A stretch of 64,000 bases of DNA from Glycera tridactyla. Lineage: Eukaryota. This document shows positions 25,701-37,547 of the stretch, piece by piece. The stretch's first letter is position 1. Each line of letters opens with the position of its first letter. Location: assembly GCA_965644265.1 (NCBI GenBank), contig OZ286462.1:38192001-38256000 (forward strand). Reading direction: 5' to 3'. The position numbers and the translations under genes were made by a program. The notes beneath the pieces were generated by a model. The model searched no databases and was not told the DNA's origin. It saw only the letters and a program-made list of their open reading frames with translations.

Positions 25701-26272
25701 ATGATGTGAAATATTTGATTCAGTTGTACTATTACATTCATGGGAATATCACATGTTTCACTCATCATACAAATAGAGTCACGATCAATCACTTGCGACG
25801 TCCGTAACATCCCATAGGGGGAATCGATTGCGAACTTGCCAATGTTTCTACTAGAGGCCACTTGCGGTGTTGGTGAAAGTTGAAACTGAAGTTGTTCAAT
25901 GATGGAACTATTATATACACTCCGTAATAATGAGTCATGAGAAACATTTCCTATGACGAAATTAGCAGCGGACTGCTCAAGTAGTTGGTATTCTAACTGT
26001 GATTGAATTTCGGCTTTCACACCTTGTAAAGATGCTAGTAACAGTATTGTCCATACATGAAGTATCCAGAGTAACCGGTCTTTCCAAGTGTGAAAACAAA
26101 TGTAGCATTTTTTGCTCCGTCCATGTTTTATCACTAGGTGATGATGATGGTGGCATTTCTGGGAGTATTTCTTGTTGGTTTTTGTCACCCCGTGCATCCT
26201 GTTACAATGGCATGTGCTAGAGGTGTCATTGTAGCCATCCATTCTCCCTGTATTCCCGTTGTCTAATGTCAT
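20804..26272 (-). CDS. Pcdh: Protocadherin, 7 cadherin repeats + TM + start of cytoplasmic tail (two exons, 973 codons visible; continues through a phase-0 donor)
   Basis: ORFs 25265-26383 and 20780-22813 join in frame at CCA CGT G|gtttgt...cttcttgttgcag|GT ACC, giving EDTPRGTTILSVNAYDPDEG. Six DxNDxxP-type linkers delimit EC1-EC7. EC1 has the protocadherin DRxxxC-x5-C motif (DRDSICMMSETC). A hydrophobic signal segment (LLWILHVWTILLLASLQGVKA) and a TM (FIILIVVITFIILTIIITAIVVTA-RRK) are present. The start Met at 26272 is inferred. Confidence 0.95.
22821..22952. mobile_element. MITE (partly deleted) in the protocadherin intron, about 100 bp from the 3' splice site
   Basis: TA|cagttgaacc...gactg|TA, with repeated taaagaccacct blocks. 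Same family as the 36644 copy in reverse orientation. Confidence 0.8.
23488..23692 (+). repeat. Unclassified interspersed repeat with decayed coding character (copy 1, in the Pcdh intron)
   Basis: Aligns at roughly 80% (estimated by eye) to the reverse complement of 61555-61774. A short third piece lies at about 23860-23885. Confidence 0.8.
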
Positions 26273-26322
26273 GTTATCTACGAGTACATTGTCCACAGGC
26301 TGTTGATGGTCACTGCCGGCAT
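25273..26322 (-). CDS. Pcdh: Protocadherin exon A: N-terminal leader, signal sequence, EC1-EC2, start of EC3
   Basis: Acceptor tttttctgtctgtttcag|ATG at 26322. First in-frame ATG at 26272. Donor G|GTTTGT at 25273/25272 (phase 1). Confidence 0.92.
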
Positions 26323-29300
26323 CTGAAACAGACAGAAAAAAGCAACGATAAGAAAAAGTGTAAAAGCTTACAAAAACTGTCACATCAATCTGTCAGATGC
26401 TCTATAGCCATGGTTTAACCAGTCCTGATCATGCAGGATGCTAAAAAACATAAAAGAGAGCTCACTACCGATCAATCAAAGTAAAAATCTTTCATGATAT
26501 ATACACCGTCAGTATAGATGGCCAAGACAGTTTCCTGCTTGGTTCAGAGTATAAGCAAGACAGGTTCAATCATAAATTCAAATTTTGCAATTTTTCTCAT
26601 CAAACATTTTCAAGGCAACACAAATTCACCAATGCACAGGACATATGCACATCATTGGATTGATTGATTTGAACTACAAAGAGAACAACCAATTTCAATG
26701 GAGAACTATCATGAATTGTCTTCAGTGTGAAAAAGAATTCCTATTAGTATCAACTCTGGTCAGTTATGGCGATTTTCGTATCTGCATACACTTATTTATA
26801 AAGCTAGTATATTCCATTTGATGTCAAGGGATCCCTTGATAAGATATCACACTGTACGAATAACTTCTGAATGTATCCAAAGTTCAGACTGACACCTTGT
26901 GGACTGCCAATATGTTATTGCATACTGGCACCTAGTGTCCATACAAGGCACTAGTCATGTGACATGCAAGCTGCGGGTTGGTTGAACCAGCATGGGCTGA
27001 AGCAATATGGCCTCTGCTGCTTAATGAGTTCATGCCTGACCGTAATCTAGATGCCCGCCTTTAATCTCGATTTATGCTGCCAATCAAGGCAAGATAAAGT
27101 AGATCACAATGTTTCACCTGTATCCAGGTGGCATAGCTAGCTAAGGCAGCACTTGATATCAGTACCTTACAGCATGGATGTGTTATTTACATGGGGAGAT
27201 AAGGGCATGCAGTATATTTTTTATCTTACCCACCCTGAAAGAATGACCTGCATGCTAAATTTCCATCGTATAGAACTGAAGATTGTTTATGCCAGTGAGG
27301 GATGCAATTTACAGTCAAACTCTCTTATGGAGTTACCTCTCGAGAAAGGCAACCTCTTGCTATGAATGCAATCATAGTAAACATCCTCTCAACAAAGGCT
27401 GCTTTCTGTCACAAACAGGGAAAGCATTTGCAGATGGGCTCGCCAGAATTTCCATCTCATTGGTATCTGCAAGAAAATCCACCTTTGTATTTGGCCAAAA
27501 TTGTAATCTTACCTGACTACAGTGCAACTTGAATATCATTTTCATGAGTATATTATTGAATAGTTTCCCGTTTAATGTCATGTATAACCCAAAGGATTAT
27601 TTGTGGGTAATAAGACATTTTCAGGTCTAGTGCCATTGCAATACTTGAAGCAAGTGCCAAGCACAGTTGTACCAGTAAACCTGCCACGAAAGACCTTAAA
27701 AAAGAGACCACCCAAGATGGAATACCAGTTGAATCTTGCTTTACGATGCACATGTTGCGTGGATTACACGTGCAAATTCAGCATATTCACTTTCAAACAG
27801 AAATAGCAATAGCTGGATGAAACACTTTCCAGGATATCTCTCCAGGAATAATAAAATGTGGATCTGAATGAGTTTTTTTTCCTGGAGAAGCTGCAGAGGT
27901 TGAGAAATCATTAGGGAAAGGGAAGTAAGAGAAAAATAATTAGTCCATGTACGGGAGTGGTAAATAGATGACCACACCCATGTCATCTCTTCAAGAAGTT
28001 TGTGATAGGGCTTAGTAGAGTTCACACTGATTACAAAAGAGATGGATTGAGCATGTATGTCATGCATTCATGGAGGACAAATGCCCCAATTATGTGAGAG
28101 AAAGAAGAGGTGGCTGGCCCCCCATTGTAGGGGGCAGGCTCCCCGAGGGAGGCCTACCAAAAGGAGGTGCAAAACGTGTCCCATGCAGCCATGGGGCATA
28201 GCACTTAAAACTTCATTCTCTTCAGGTATCGGAGGTATTCAGCAGTGGGAGATGCATTCACGTGCATTTAGGCCCTTCTGACATGCACTCAATTAACTCA
28301 GTGACACCTCAAACAAAAGAACCACACCTTGCTTTGATTGCAACACCCCCCTTCTGAGCAAGCCATCTCTCTGGTGAGTTAGGGAGTGTTTCACCAACAT
28401 GCTCAATCCCCATGAGCATCACTAGAGTCACTAACAACGAGTGGTACTTCCTGCTGATTCGGGAGGGCCCTAATGTTCGGTAGGATGTTCCCCTGGGTGT
28501 ACATCATGTAATTATCACATGCTGCTCACACCAAATCTGACATGATGGCATTCCTGCTCATTAGACCATGATGTCTGTCACCTAAATATGGCAGCCATCT
28601 TGGAAAAGAAAAAGCCCCAATAAATCACATAAGGTTGACAACATCTTCCTTAACATTTGGCAACACCAGATAATATAGGATATAGGATTCAACATTCATG
28701 TAGGAATCGGTTAAACTCCTACCTATTATTGCATATGAATACCATATTTGACCGTATTCTAGGTATGCAATTGTGGAACAAAAATCAAGAACTGTGATAG
28801 AAGTTCAATATATTCGACCATGGCGTAAACAATCTCATATTCTTCACTGTTACTGAAGATACTGCCTCAGGGGGGATCACTGTCATCCCACAGGTGAACA
28901 TTAAGGAAACATCGAATTCTGAGCCATTCAACTGTGAAAAATGTGTCCAGGTCACAGAAAACACTGTAAATGGAATGGCGCCGAACACTGATAAATGACG
29001 AGAGAAGAGGACAGATTTGGAAAAGACCAACTAGTCACCTTTTTTATGTGGACAGAGAGCTGTTCCTGTCTTGTAAACTCAATAATTCAGCGGCCGCTTC
29101 TGGGCTAGGAAATGAGAGTGTACATCTTTCCAACGCACACCCGCACACAATCATTAACCCTTTCCCACATCACTTCAATATCTCCTAATTATTAAATTCA
29201 CATTTTTCCCAGGATTGACCATTACATATTTATGGACAATTGCTGGATTACCCCCCCCCCCAAAAAAAAAATGAAAATTAAGCACTGGTGAGCCAGTGCC

Positions 29301-29767
29301 AAAATTGATCAGATGCAGCCAAAAGTCAACCATGGCTGTAATGTTATGTCATTATTCCACACTCAAGATAGTCCAACCAGGGATCCCTCCTTATAGGGTC
29401 TCTGAAAATCTGAAAAACTGCACTAGCTATAGGGTGCTGATGCAAAATTGTTTTCAATGAATATCTTTTCACTATCCACCTCACTAGAAGTACAAGATCA
29501 TGATTGGAAAAGATGGGGATGGAAATTTCAACCCTATTCATTATTGTGTAAGAAAATTCGATGAAATGAGATGCCAGCTGGAAGCAGTTAATTAGAGGGG
29601 TCAATATTGTAGTGTCCAGCTAGACAAATACGCAGCTAATTTGTGGAACGTTTGACTTGTAATCCCATCACTGGACTGCAAACATCCACACACACCACAT
29701 GGACTCTGGCCTCTCAAAGACTGTGGAATCACTCATGAATATCTTCTCCATCTAATACCAATCTGAT

Positions 29768-30128
29768 NNNNNNNNNNNNNNNNNNNNNNNNNNNNNNNNN
29801 NNNNNNNNNNNNNNNNNNNNNNNNNNNNNNNNNNNNNNNNNNNNNNNNNNNNNNNNNNNNNNNNNNNNNNNNNNNNNNNNNNNNNNNNNNNNNNNNNNNN
29901 NNNNNNNNNNNNNNNNNNNNNNNNNNNNNNNNNNNNNNNNNNNNNNNNNNNNNNNNNNNNNNNNNNNNNNNNNNNNNNNNNNNNNNNNNNNNNNNNNNNN
30001 NNNNNNNNNNNNNNNNNNNNNNNNNNNNNNNNNNNNNNNNNNNNNNNNNNNNNNNNNNNNNNNNNNNNNNNNNNNNNNNNNNNNNNNNNNNNNNNNNNNN
30101 NNNNNNNNNNNNNNNNNNNNNNNNNNNN
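29768..30128. other. Assembly gap (361 N)
   Basis: N run. Confidence 1.
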
Positions 30129-33100
30129 GGAAACAAATATGTAGTGGGATGTTATATTCATATAAGTTGCATACCAAAACCGACTATTTTTTGAGACCAT
30201 ATTTTAGTGTCATTCAGGATGGCCTGATATCACACCATTCATTATATAATCATGAGTCTCAAACTGTTCCCACTCGTCATCATATTTCATGATGGTTCCG
30301 CCATATGTTCCACTAGTCTGAATATGTTCCACCAGACCCCAAATGTCATTTCTCCAGATGCATGTTACAAACCATGCAGTGGCTCACCATTCGCCAGCCA
30401 CTATATCCTCATCAAGTGCTGTCAGGAGACAAGGGTGCTAATTTACCACCTCCATCCAATCTGAGGGAGAGTGGGGGGGGGGGAGGGGTTGAGGAAAGTA
30501 GACCTAGACCTAATGATCCATACCATGCTATGAGTGTTTGGGCGATTGGGCCCGATTGCAATTGAGGCAAACATACATGATACTAGATGATCCAATTAGC
30601 CTAGTTTCTGACAAACAACCCCCCCCCCCCCTCCTCTCCGGCTTCAACACAGACACAGGCACACTGGGAACTACACCTGTTAGGGGGAATGTATCATTAG
30701 ATTACCTGATCTCTAAGAACTCCATCAGGAACGCAATTCCAACATTTTTCATGTGCAAAATATAGTTTCTGTGTGAAATCCCTTCAGAAGTTTGGCCACG
30801 AATCCAGTCGAATCTTAATATGTATGTGTTCATGTGCACTTCCGATTTCATTCAACAAAGGAAATTATAGTCGGCACATATAGTAATGTAGATATTGATG
30901 GACCGTTTTCATTGAAATTTCTTATATATTTCTGGGAATGATTGAATGATTCTCAGGATCATATTCATCTTTCTGAATGACCTGTAACTCAGTGTGATTT
31001 ACCACCAATGCCAGAAATACGAATTAAAAAGACTGCTCATGACTCTGATTGTTGAGGAATAATGAGTCATCATAAACTGCTACAAATATTCTCATAAAAT
31101 AACCGGACACAGTTTCTGAACAATGAAACTGAATGCCTTGAGAAGAAAACAATAACCGGGATGTTGGAAATTGGCGGAATGCACGACGGCTTTCTTGGGC
31201 GGCTTCTCAGAAAGAACAGAGCCGGTCATGAAAAATGTGATTTCTTTCAAGTGGACTGCACTGATTCCTGATTAAGGATTGCAAGCTGCATGAATATTCA
31301 TGTTGAGCGATAAATCTGCATGACACATTCATGTCCACATATTATTTTCTCACTTCAGCGAGCTGCATTTCACTCAAACTGTGAGAAGATTAGAGTGGGA
31401 CACCATAAAACCGATATATTCAAATGATCACTTGATCATCATGATTACATTTTGAGATTTTTTAAAACAAAATCAAAGATATGACTGACATAAAGATATG
31501 ATATTTGTGGTTGATTATGGTATATTTCAGTTTATCAGTCAGAGTAAACTGTTTTCAGCTTTGATGTGAAGTGTTGTTTGTACAAAGGAATTCACCACTG
31601 TTATCTGGTGATATTTTATCAAGGTATAATTACATGGTGCAGGGGGCTGACTTCCTGGATATGGAGCCCCCCCCCCCCTCCCCCTCCCCACTTTACCAAT
31701 GTAATAGCCATAGATCTCCAGTTTCTCCATGTATGGGTGCACCCATGAATCAACCCAACTGACACAAACACTAGTTCAATTTATTACACTTTACTGTATG
31801 TGTCACTCGAACAATAGTCCAAAGTGAATAATGTTTCCTATAAATGTCAATTTAATTTATCACTTTAACTGCATGTTCAGTCCATATGGCTTTTAGATCC
31901 ACCTGAACATCCATGAAATGAACTTGCCATTCATGGAAAGAAGGCATGGTAACCCTTTTGCACAAACAGAAAATAGTGCAACCTTTACATTTGAACTACA
32001 AAACATCAACCTTTAAATATATTGAAAGCTTTCGGAAGTTGGTAGATATTATGTCATGCACAAACTTTCCGAAAAGTTGGTCACAATGTTCTCAATAAGT
32101 TGGTCAAAATGTTTTCAATAAGTTTCATAATCCCATCAGGTGTGAGAGTGAGGCACTCTTCTAGTGCAGCAGTAAAAAAATGTGCGAACTATTTGAAAAG
32201 CGGCAGAATAAATTCTCACAAATGATAGCAGCGGAAAGATTTCTCACGAAAATGATAGAAAGAATTACTTGATACAAATCACAGCACCTAGTACATACTA
32301 CTTCCATCCCACTCCTCGATAAAAAATTGTAGCGTTGCCCTCCAAACCTAATCCCTGGTGCCAAAACTGAAATTAGATTTCCTCTCCTGCCTTCAACTTA
32401 TAATTGTATTTTCCGAGTGTCTACCTATCCCAGTCTGACTGCAAAATATACTATGACATAAAAACTCCCACAGGACTGAACATAAATCTTGAAGCACCTG
32501 AGAATTTTACGTAATTACACATGCAACAGCCTATCTGACCTGGCACACTCGAATTTGAAATCTCCGGCCAAAATGATTTTCCTCATTCCTAACTTCTAAT
32601 CTAGAGTTGCAGTACCATTTCTCAGGAAGTGCCCAGATATACATGTACTGTGTGTGTGCATTGATTTACCACTACAGATCCTGACCCTTGGTGATTATGA
32701 GATGGTGCAGATGATCAGTCCATTGGTTGTTTGGTTGGTTGGTAGGTAGGTAGGTCAGTCTCTCAATAGGTCAATGTGGATCTGCATGTCTCAACTCAAG
32801 ATCATACCCAGGGTTTCAGAGGTGATTACAAGAATGTTTTTACATACATCGGGACCATCGGGGTAAGACCATGCTCAAAATCACCAAAAGTGGTCTTTCA
32901 AGGGATAGTCAACCCTCTCCAAATCAAAAAGGCGTTGTATGGTACTTTGCATGGTACTGACAACCTTCAAAATGCCAAAGGGTGAAGAATCGAGGACAGG
33001 CCAAAGACAAGGCATCAGTATCATTCTTAATAGCCTACATACTCTCAACCTTTATTAACACATTATACTGGTCAATGTTTATATTCCAAATGAAATTTGA

Positions 33101-33611
33101 TGGGGATCCTGTAAAATGGCCAGGGTATAGAAAGATACTGTGTAAGATCTGAGGACATTGGCCAAACACTCACTTAGCCCAACTTCATCCCACAATCATC
33201 TAACGACCCTGGGCTATTAATGCCCAATCAAAATACAGGTTTAGTCCACAAATAGGCACTTGTGCTCAACACTAACCAACATGCCCACAAGCACACATAC
33301 ACAACCCCACTCAAAACATGCACACACATGCCAGGGCTGGAATATCACCGGTAGCTGTTCAACAACATCCACACCTACAAACCCACACATAGAGCTGAGT
33401 TTATCTGTAGCAAGCATATACATATGATTCATGAGAAAGGTGAAAAAATGAGCCAGTTATAGTCTCTTGGCAAAGGTTTGACTCTATGAAGCACCTCATT
33501 CAAAAGTGGCATCTGGAATTCTTCCCACATTCTTCCATGTCCCAGGCTGAGAAAATCAAACAAAGTATAGATCTCATGGTATATACATGTATTTGAAATT
33601 ATGGCAATAGT

Positions 33612-33788
33612 ATATTATCATCATCATTATTATCAATATTTTATTTTATTTTTTGAAAGGACCCGTTTCTTTCAAATCACGTTTATACCTTCACATGTGT
33701 GGCCGCATCTCTCACATACACCTAATTATCATTATTATCATTATTATCATCATTATTATTATTATCATCATTATCATTATCATTATCA
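33612..33788. repeat. (ATT/ATC)n trinucleotide microsatellite (two blocks)
   Basis: Seen directly. Confidence 0.9.
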
Positions 33789-35862
33789 GCTAAAAATAAA
33801 TGTGATGGTCATCATCAAAAATAAAAGCAATTGTTGAACCAATATATAATGCCCTCAACCGAGCAACAATTGGTCAAATGTGATAAAAACCAACAGAATC
33901 TCAGTATGATTGTCCAGATATTGAGATGATACCTACTTGTTGAGGCCAAGGAAAGACAGTGAGAAAATGCTCATATATTGGACTATATCTGAGAATTTGA
34001 ATGGCTTGGCCAATTTGCATGATTCATGTGAGATGTGAAGTGTTTGCAAGCACATGCATTCCTCTGTTTGTCTTGTGGATAAATGGCCAGGATCTCACTG
34101 CACTGAACCAAGAAACAAGTCCCACTATAAACTGTTTGTCTATCTATCCATCTGTTGGTGGAAGGGATCCATTGATTCAATAGAAGGAAGGTCCGATTGC
34201 ATTCTCTCATCCTAACAAAGTGATCAGTGTTGATTGCTTGAGTCAATGACCTGATTACATAACCTTCATGAACAGCAGGTGGGAGCATTTCCAAAAGGAG
34301 CAGCCCTTCTAAGATGAAAGCTTAGCAGGTCTCCCCCCCCCCCCCCCCAAGGCAGGTAGAATGCACTCAATTGCATGACAATGTGTTGAATGTCATGATA
34401 CAATTATCATGTGCATCACTTGACAATGTCTGCTTTCATCTCTGAATACACACTGAAGATCTAATTATCCACTTGATCCAAGTGATTGGCTTCTAATGAG
34501 AAAAGATAGAGGATAAATTTAGGTCAGGTGAAGTGCACTCATGGCAAAGATGGAGTATCAATTTAGGAGTTTGAACCGCGTGCTCAAAATAATGATAGAC
34601 AGAGTTCCCTATATGGATTAGCATTTTAGCTAGCTAATTAGTGAAGTCATATGCTTAAGGCAAATTCAATTCGAGAAAATTATCTGCTAAAGTAGTTTTC
34701 ATTTCTGGTGATACAGACATGGTGATGCTGGTTCATTGTAGATGAACCACCACCTCAGTTTTATTTGTTTTGGTGAAAAAATGCAACCAGAAATGATTTG
34801 GCAAAAGAATGACAATAATTTTTCCTGGATTGCTAAAATGATTTCCACTTTGCTGAAATCATATGCTAGAAGCCGTTTCATTCTTGATGGAACCCAGATG
34901 GAACGTATGGTTTTTATGATTATATGAACATATAAATAGCCAAACCTGCTCAGAAACCACCTCTTCATGAAGACAACGAGCCTACTATGACTAGGTCGAT
35001 TGATGACCAAGATAGCATCTTCCACAGTGAACAAACATCATCTGTCTACATTCAATTCAATTCAATAATCTTTTATTTTGTCTCGCAAGGTACATATATA
35101 CAGTGCACTTCTTGATGCATTCAAGGATGGTCTACATGAGATGATTGATAGATCTGTTGGAGTCTATCAGCTTGTATTTATGTATCAACCCACAAGTTCA
35201 TACAGACATACATGTTCATGTATAAATAATGTATGGCTATGGATCATCCAGGTGGTCAAATGTCCAAATTAACCCAGATATGACCACTGTATGCTGGATA
35301 TGATCAAATTAGTTCTGAATGTGGAGATGAAAGGGTTGATGGTGTGTGTGTGGGGGAGGGGGGGGGGGAGGAGGGTCAATCAGCTCCAACCTCTGCACCC
35401 TTGGAGATAACTCCACAGGGAGAAACCAGAGAACAATAGCTCAACTGATGTGCAAGGCCCCCTTCTGCTCCGGCTATCCTAAGGGCTTAGTTCCTGGCTG
35501 GAGGTCTCCATATCTGGGCATACCATGTGACATGCCCAAGGATTGATTGATTGGTTGATTGGTTGGTTGATTGGGATGTATCAATTCAACGGATCATGTA
35601 TGATCTGTCCTGAGCATGTGATTTCGGAAAGAGACACTGACTGATCAAATATATTAAGCTGCTCAACCTAAGCTGGATTAGACAAGAAGAGATGACAAGG
35701 CATATATCGAGTCTTTGGTGTAGCAAAAGCCATTAGCCAATATCAGGGGCTAAAGTTTTAACATCTGGTATAGGAAATGGACAAAACTTTCACCAAACTG
35801 GCTGAAATTAAATGCGGTCAAATTAAGACGGTAATTATATCCTCTCATATGGCTCATATATA

Positions 35863-36108
35863 CAGTCAAACTGTCTATAAAGACCACCTTTGGTCACATC
35901 AAAAAGTGGTCTCTAGTGGCAGGTGATCTTTATAGTCATCATTTACTGATGAAAATACTACCACGTTCGGGGCTCAGGGTGGTCTTTCTTGCGGGAGCGA
36001 AAGCTGTTAATATGACCCCACGGGGTCATTGTATCTTTTGCAGAAATAATTATTTTTTTTATAGTTTTACAGTTTATAGAGAGGTAGTCTTTAGAGCAGG
36101 TTTGACTG
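35863..36108. mobile_element. Tc1/mariner-type MITE carrying an 85-bp nested insertion
   Basis: TA|cagtcaaac...gtttgactg|TA. Colinear with the 36644 copy except for an insert at 35988-36072. Confidence 0.85.
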
Positions 36109-36643
36109 TACATGAGTCCATGTTTCATATGAATTAGGGGCTGGATAAGTTACTTTTTGCATGTTTGGAGCATGATACACCAGCTTATAATGAATATTTG
36201 TCTAGATAGCACATTCTTGAGTTGTATAGATGAGTTACATAGAATGATGAAACGTACCCCTACAAGCCTGAAGAAAATTGATAGGTATTATGCAAGTTCA
36301 GCATCACTTCAAATCTGTACTGGTATACACTGTACTCAAATTCCTGACTCTTAATGATAGATATATACAGCTGAAGACGCATTCAAGATGGCCTAGCTGT
36401 GACCTTTCTTCAATCTGATTGTATTCTTGTCAACTCTTGTAGCAGAAAATATGATATGAATACAAAAACTCCATCTTCAGTAAATATCTTTCTAACCCAA
36501 ATGACCCTAAATTGAATGGGTGTAGAAGTTAGGGTATTGACTGAATTTAAAATAGGTTGGATCTCAATATTGGAACATTGAATAAAATCATGTGGGTGAA
36601 ACGTATAGGATATACCAGAAGATGCCTCACTGACATTGAAATA

Positions 36644-36787
36644 CAGTCGAACCTGTCTATAAAGACCGCCTTCGGTTGCACCAAAAAGTGGTCTTTATAG
36701 AGAGGTCATTTACTATTGAAAATACCTCCACGGTTGCAGCTCAGGGTGGTCTTTATAGAGAGGTGGTCTTTAGAGCAGGTTCTACTG
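36644..36787. mobile_element. Tc1/mariner-type MITE
   Basis: TA|cagtcgaacctg...caggttctactg|TA, with internal ggtggtctttatagagagg repeats. Confidence 0.85.
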
Positions 36788-37382
36788 TACCTGATTATAA
36801 CAGATATTCGCTGAAAATGAATGCCGAGAATATGCAGTCATTTCGATCAGGTGATACGGATTGCTCTTCTATAATGACTCAAAATCGGCTCTTTCACAAT
36901 TATCAAATCCAGTGCTTCCATTGAGAGGAATATTGAGAGAAAATTAGAAATTCTTGACATCATATTTTATGAGCACTTCCCTAGAATCTAATGTTAGTTT
37001 AAATTTTAAATGTGGACAAAGTCACTCTGTAAAATTTCCGGGATGTTGAAATATGCATATTGTCATGATGAGCCATGTAAATATTATCATATCATCATGT
37101 AAATATGTACATGCTCTGATAGTGCATGTCCCCCTGTTTGATGGGAATGTAATTACCACTACATGCTTATCCTGTATTTCCCACAATCTCTGAGCAAAAT
37201 GCAGCGGGCATATCTCCGTGACAAGATGTGACACGCCCGATACAGTACTATCACACCATTACTTCCACCATGATCATCATTATCAGTAAAGATCAGTTAC
37301 TGATAGTTATGACTCTTGTTGGGAAAAATCTCCGCGCAGGTGAAGCAAGATGCCATCAGCGGGAATATAAAACATGTAGCAA

Positions 37383-37547
37383 AAACTGTGATGAGAAACC
37401 ACCCCATGAGAGACCAGTTGATGGAAGAATACTTCGGCAAAGTAGTTTCTTTTTAGTAAAGTCAAATAGACCTCTGAACAGAGTCCATCACTTTCTTAAG
37501 ACTGTTTTGATGAAATTTAGTGTGGTCTCCCATTGTACGTTTCACTG
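37383..37547. mobile_element. Degenerate MITE
   Basis: ctgtgatgagaaaccac...gtggtctcccattgtacgtttcactg|TA. Confidence 0.55.

Noticed and set aside
29729-30200. ORFs spanning N runs (also near 3015, 48393 and 52714)
   Set aside because: They are artefacts of assembly gaps.
34566-34577. Reverse B-box-like GGTTCAAACTCC (a weaker one near 42565)
   Set aside because: No cloverleaf or A-box, so not a tRNA gene. At most a SINE remnant.
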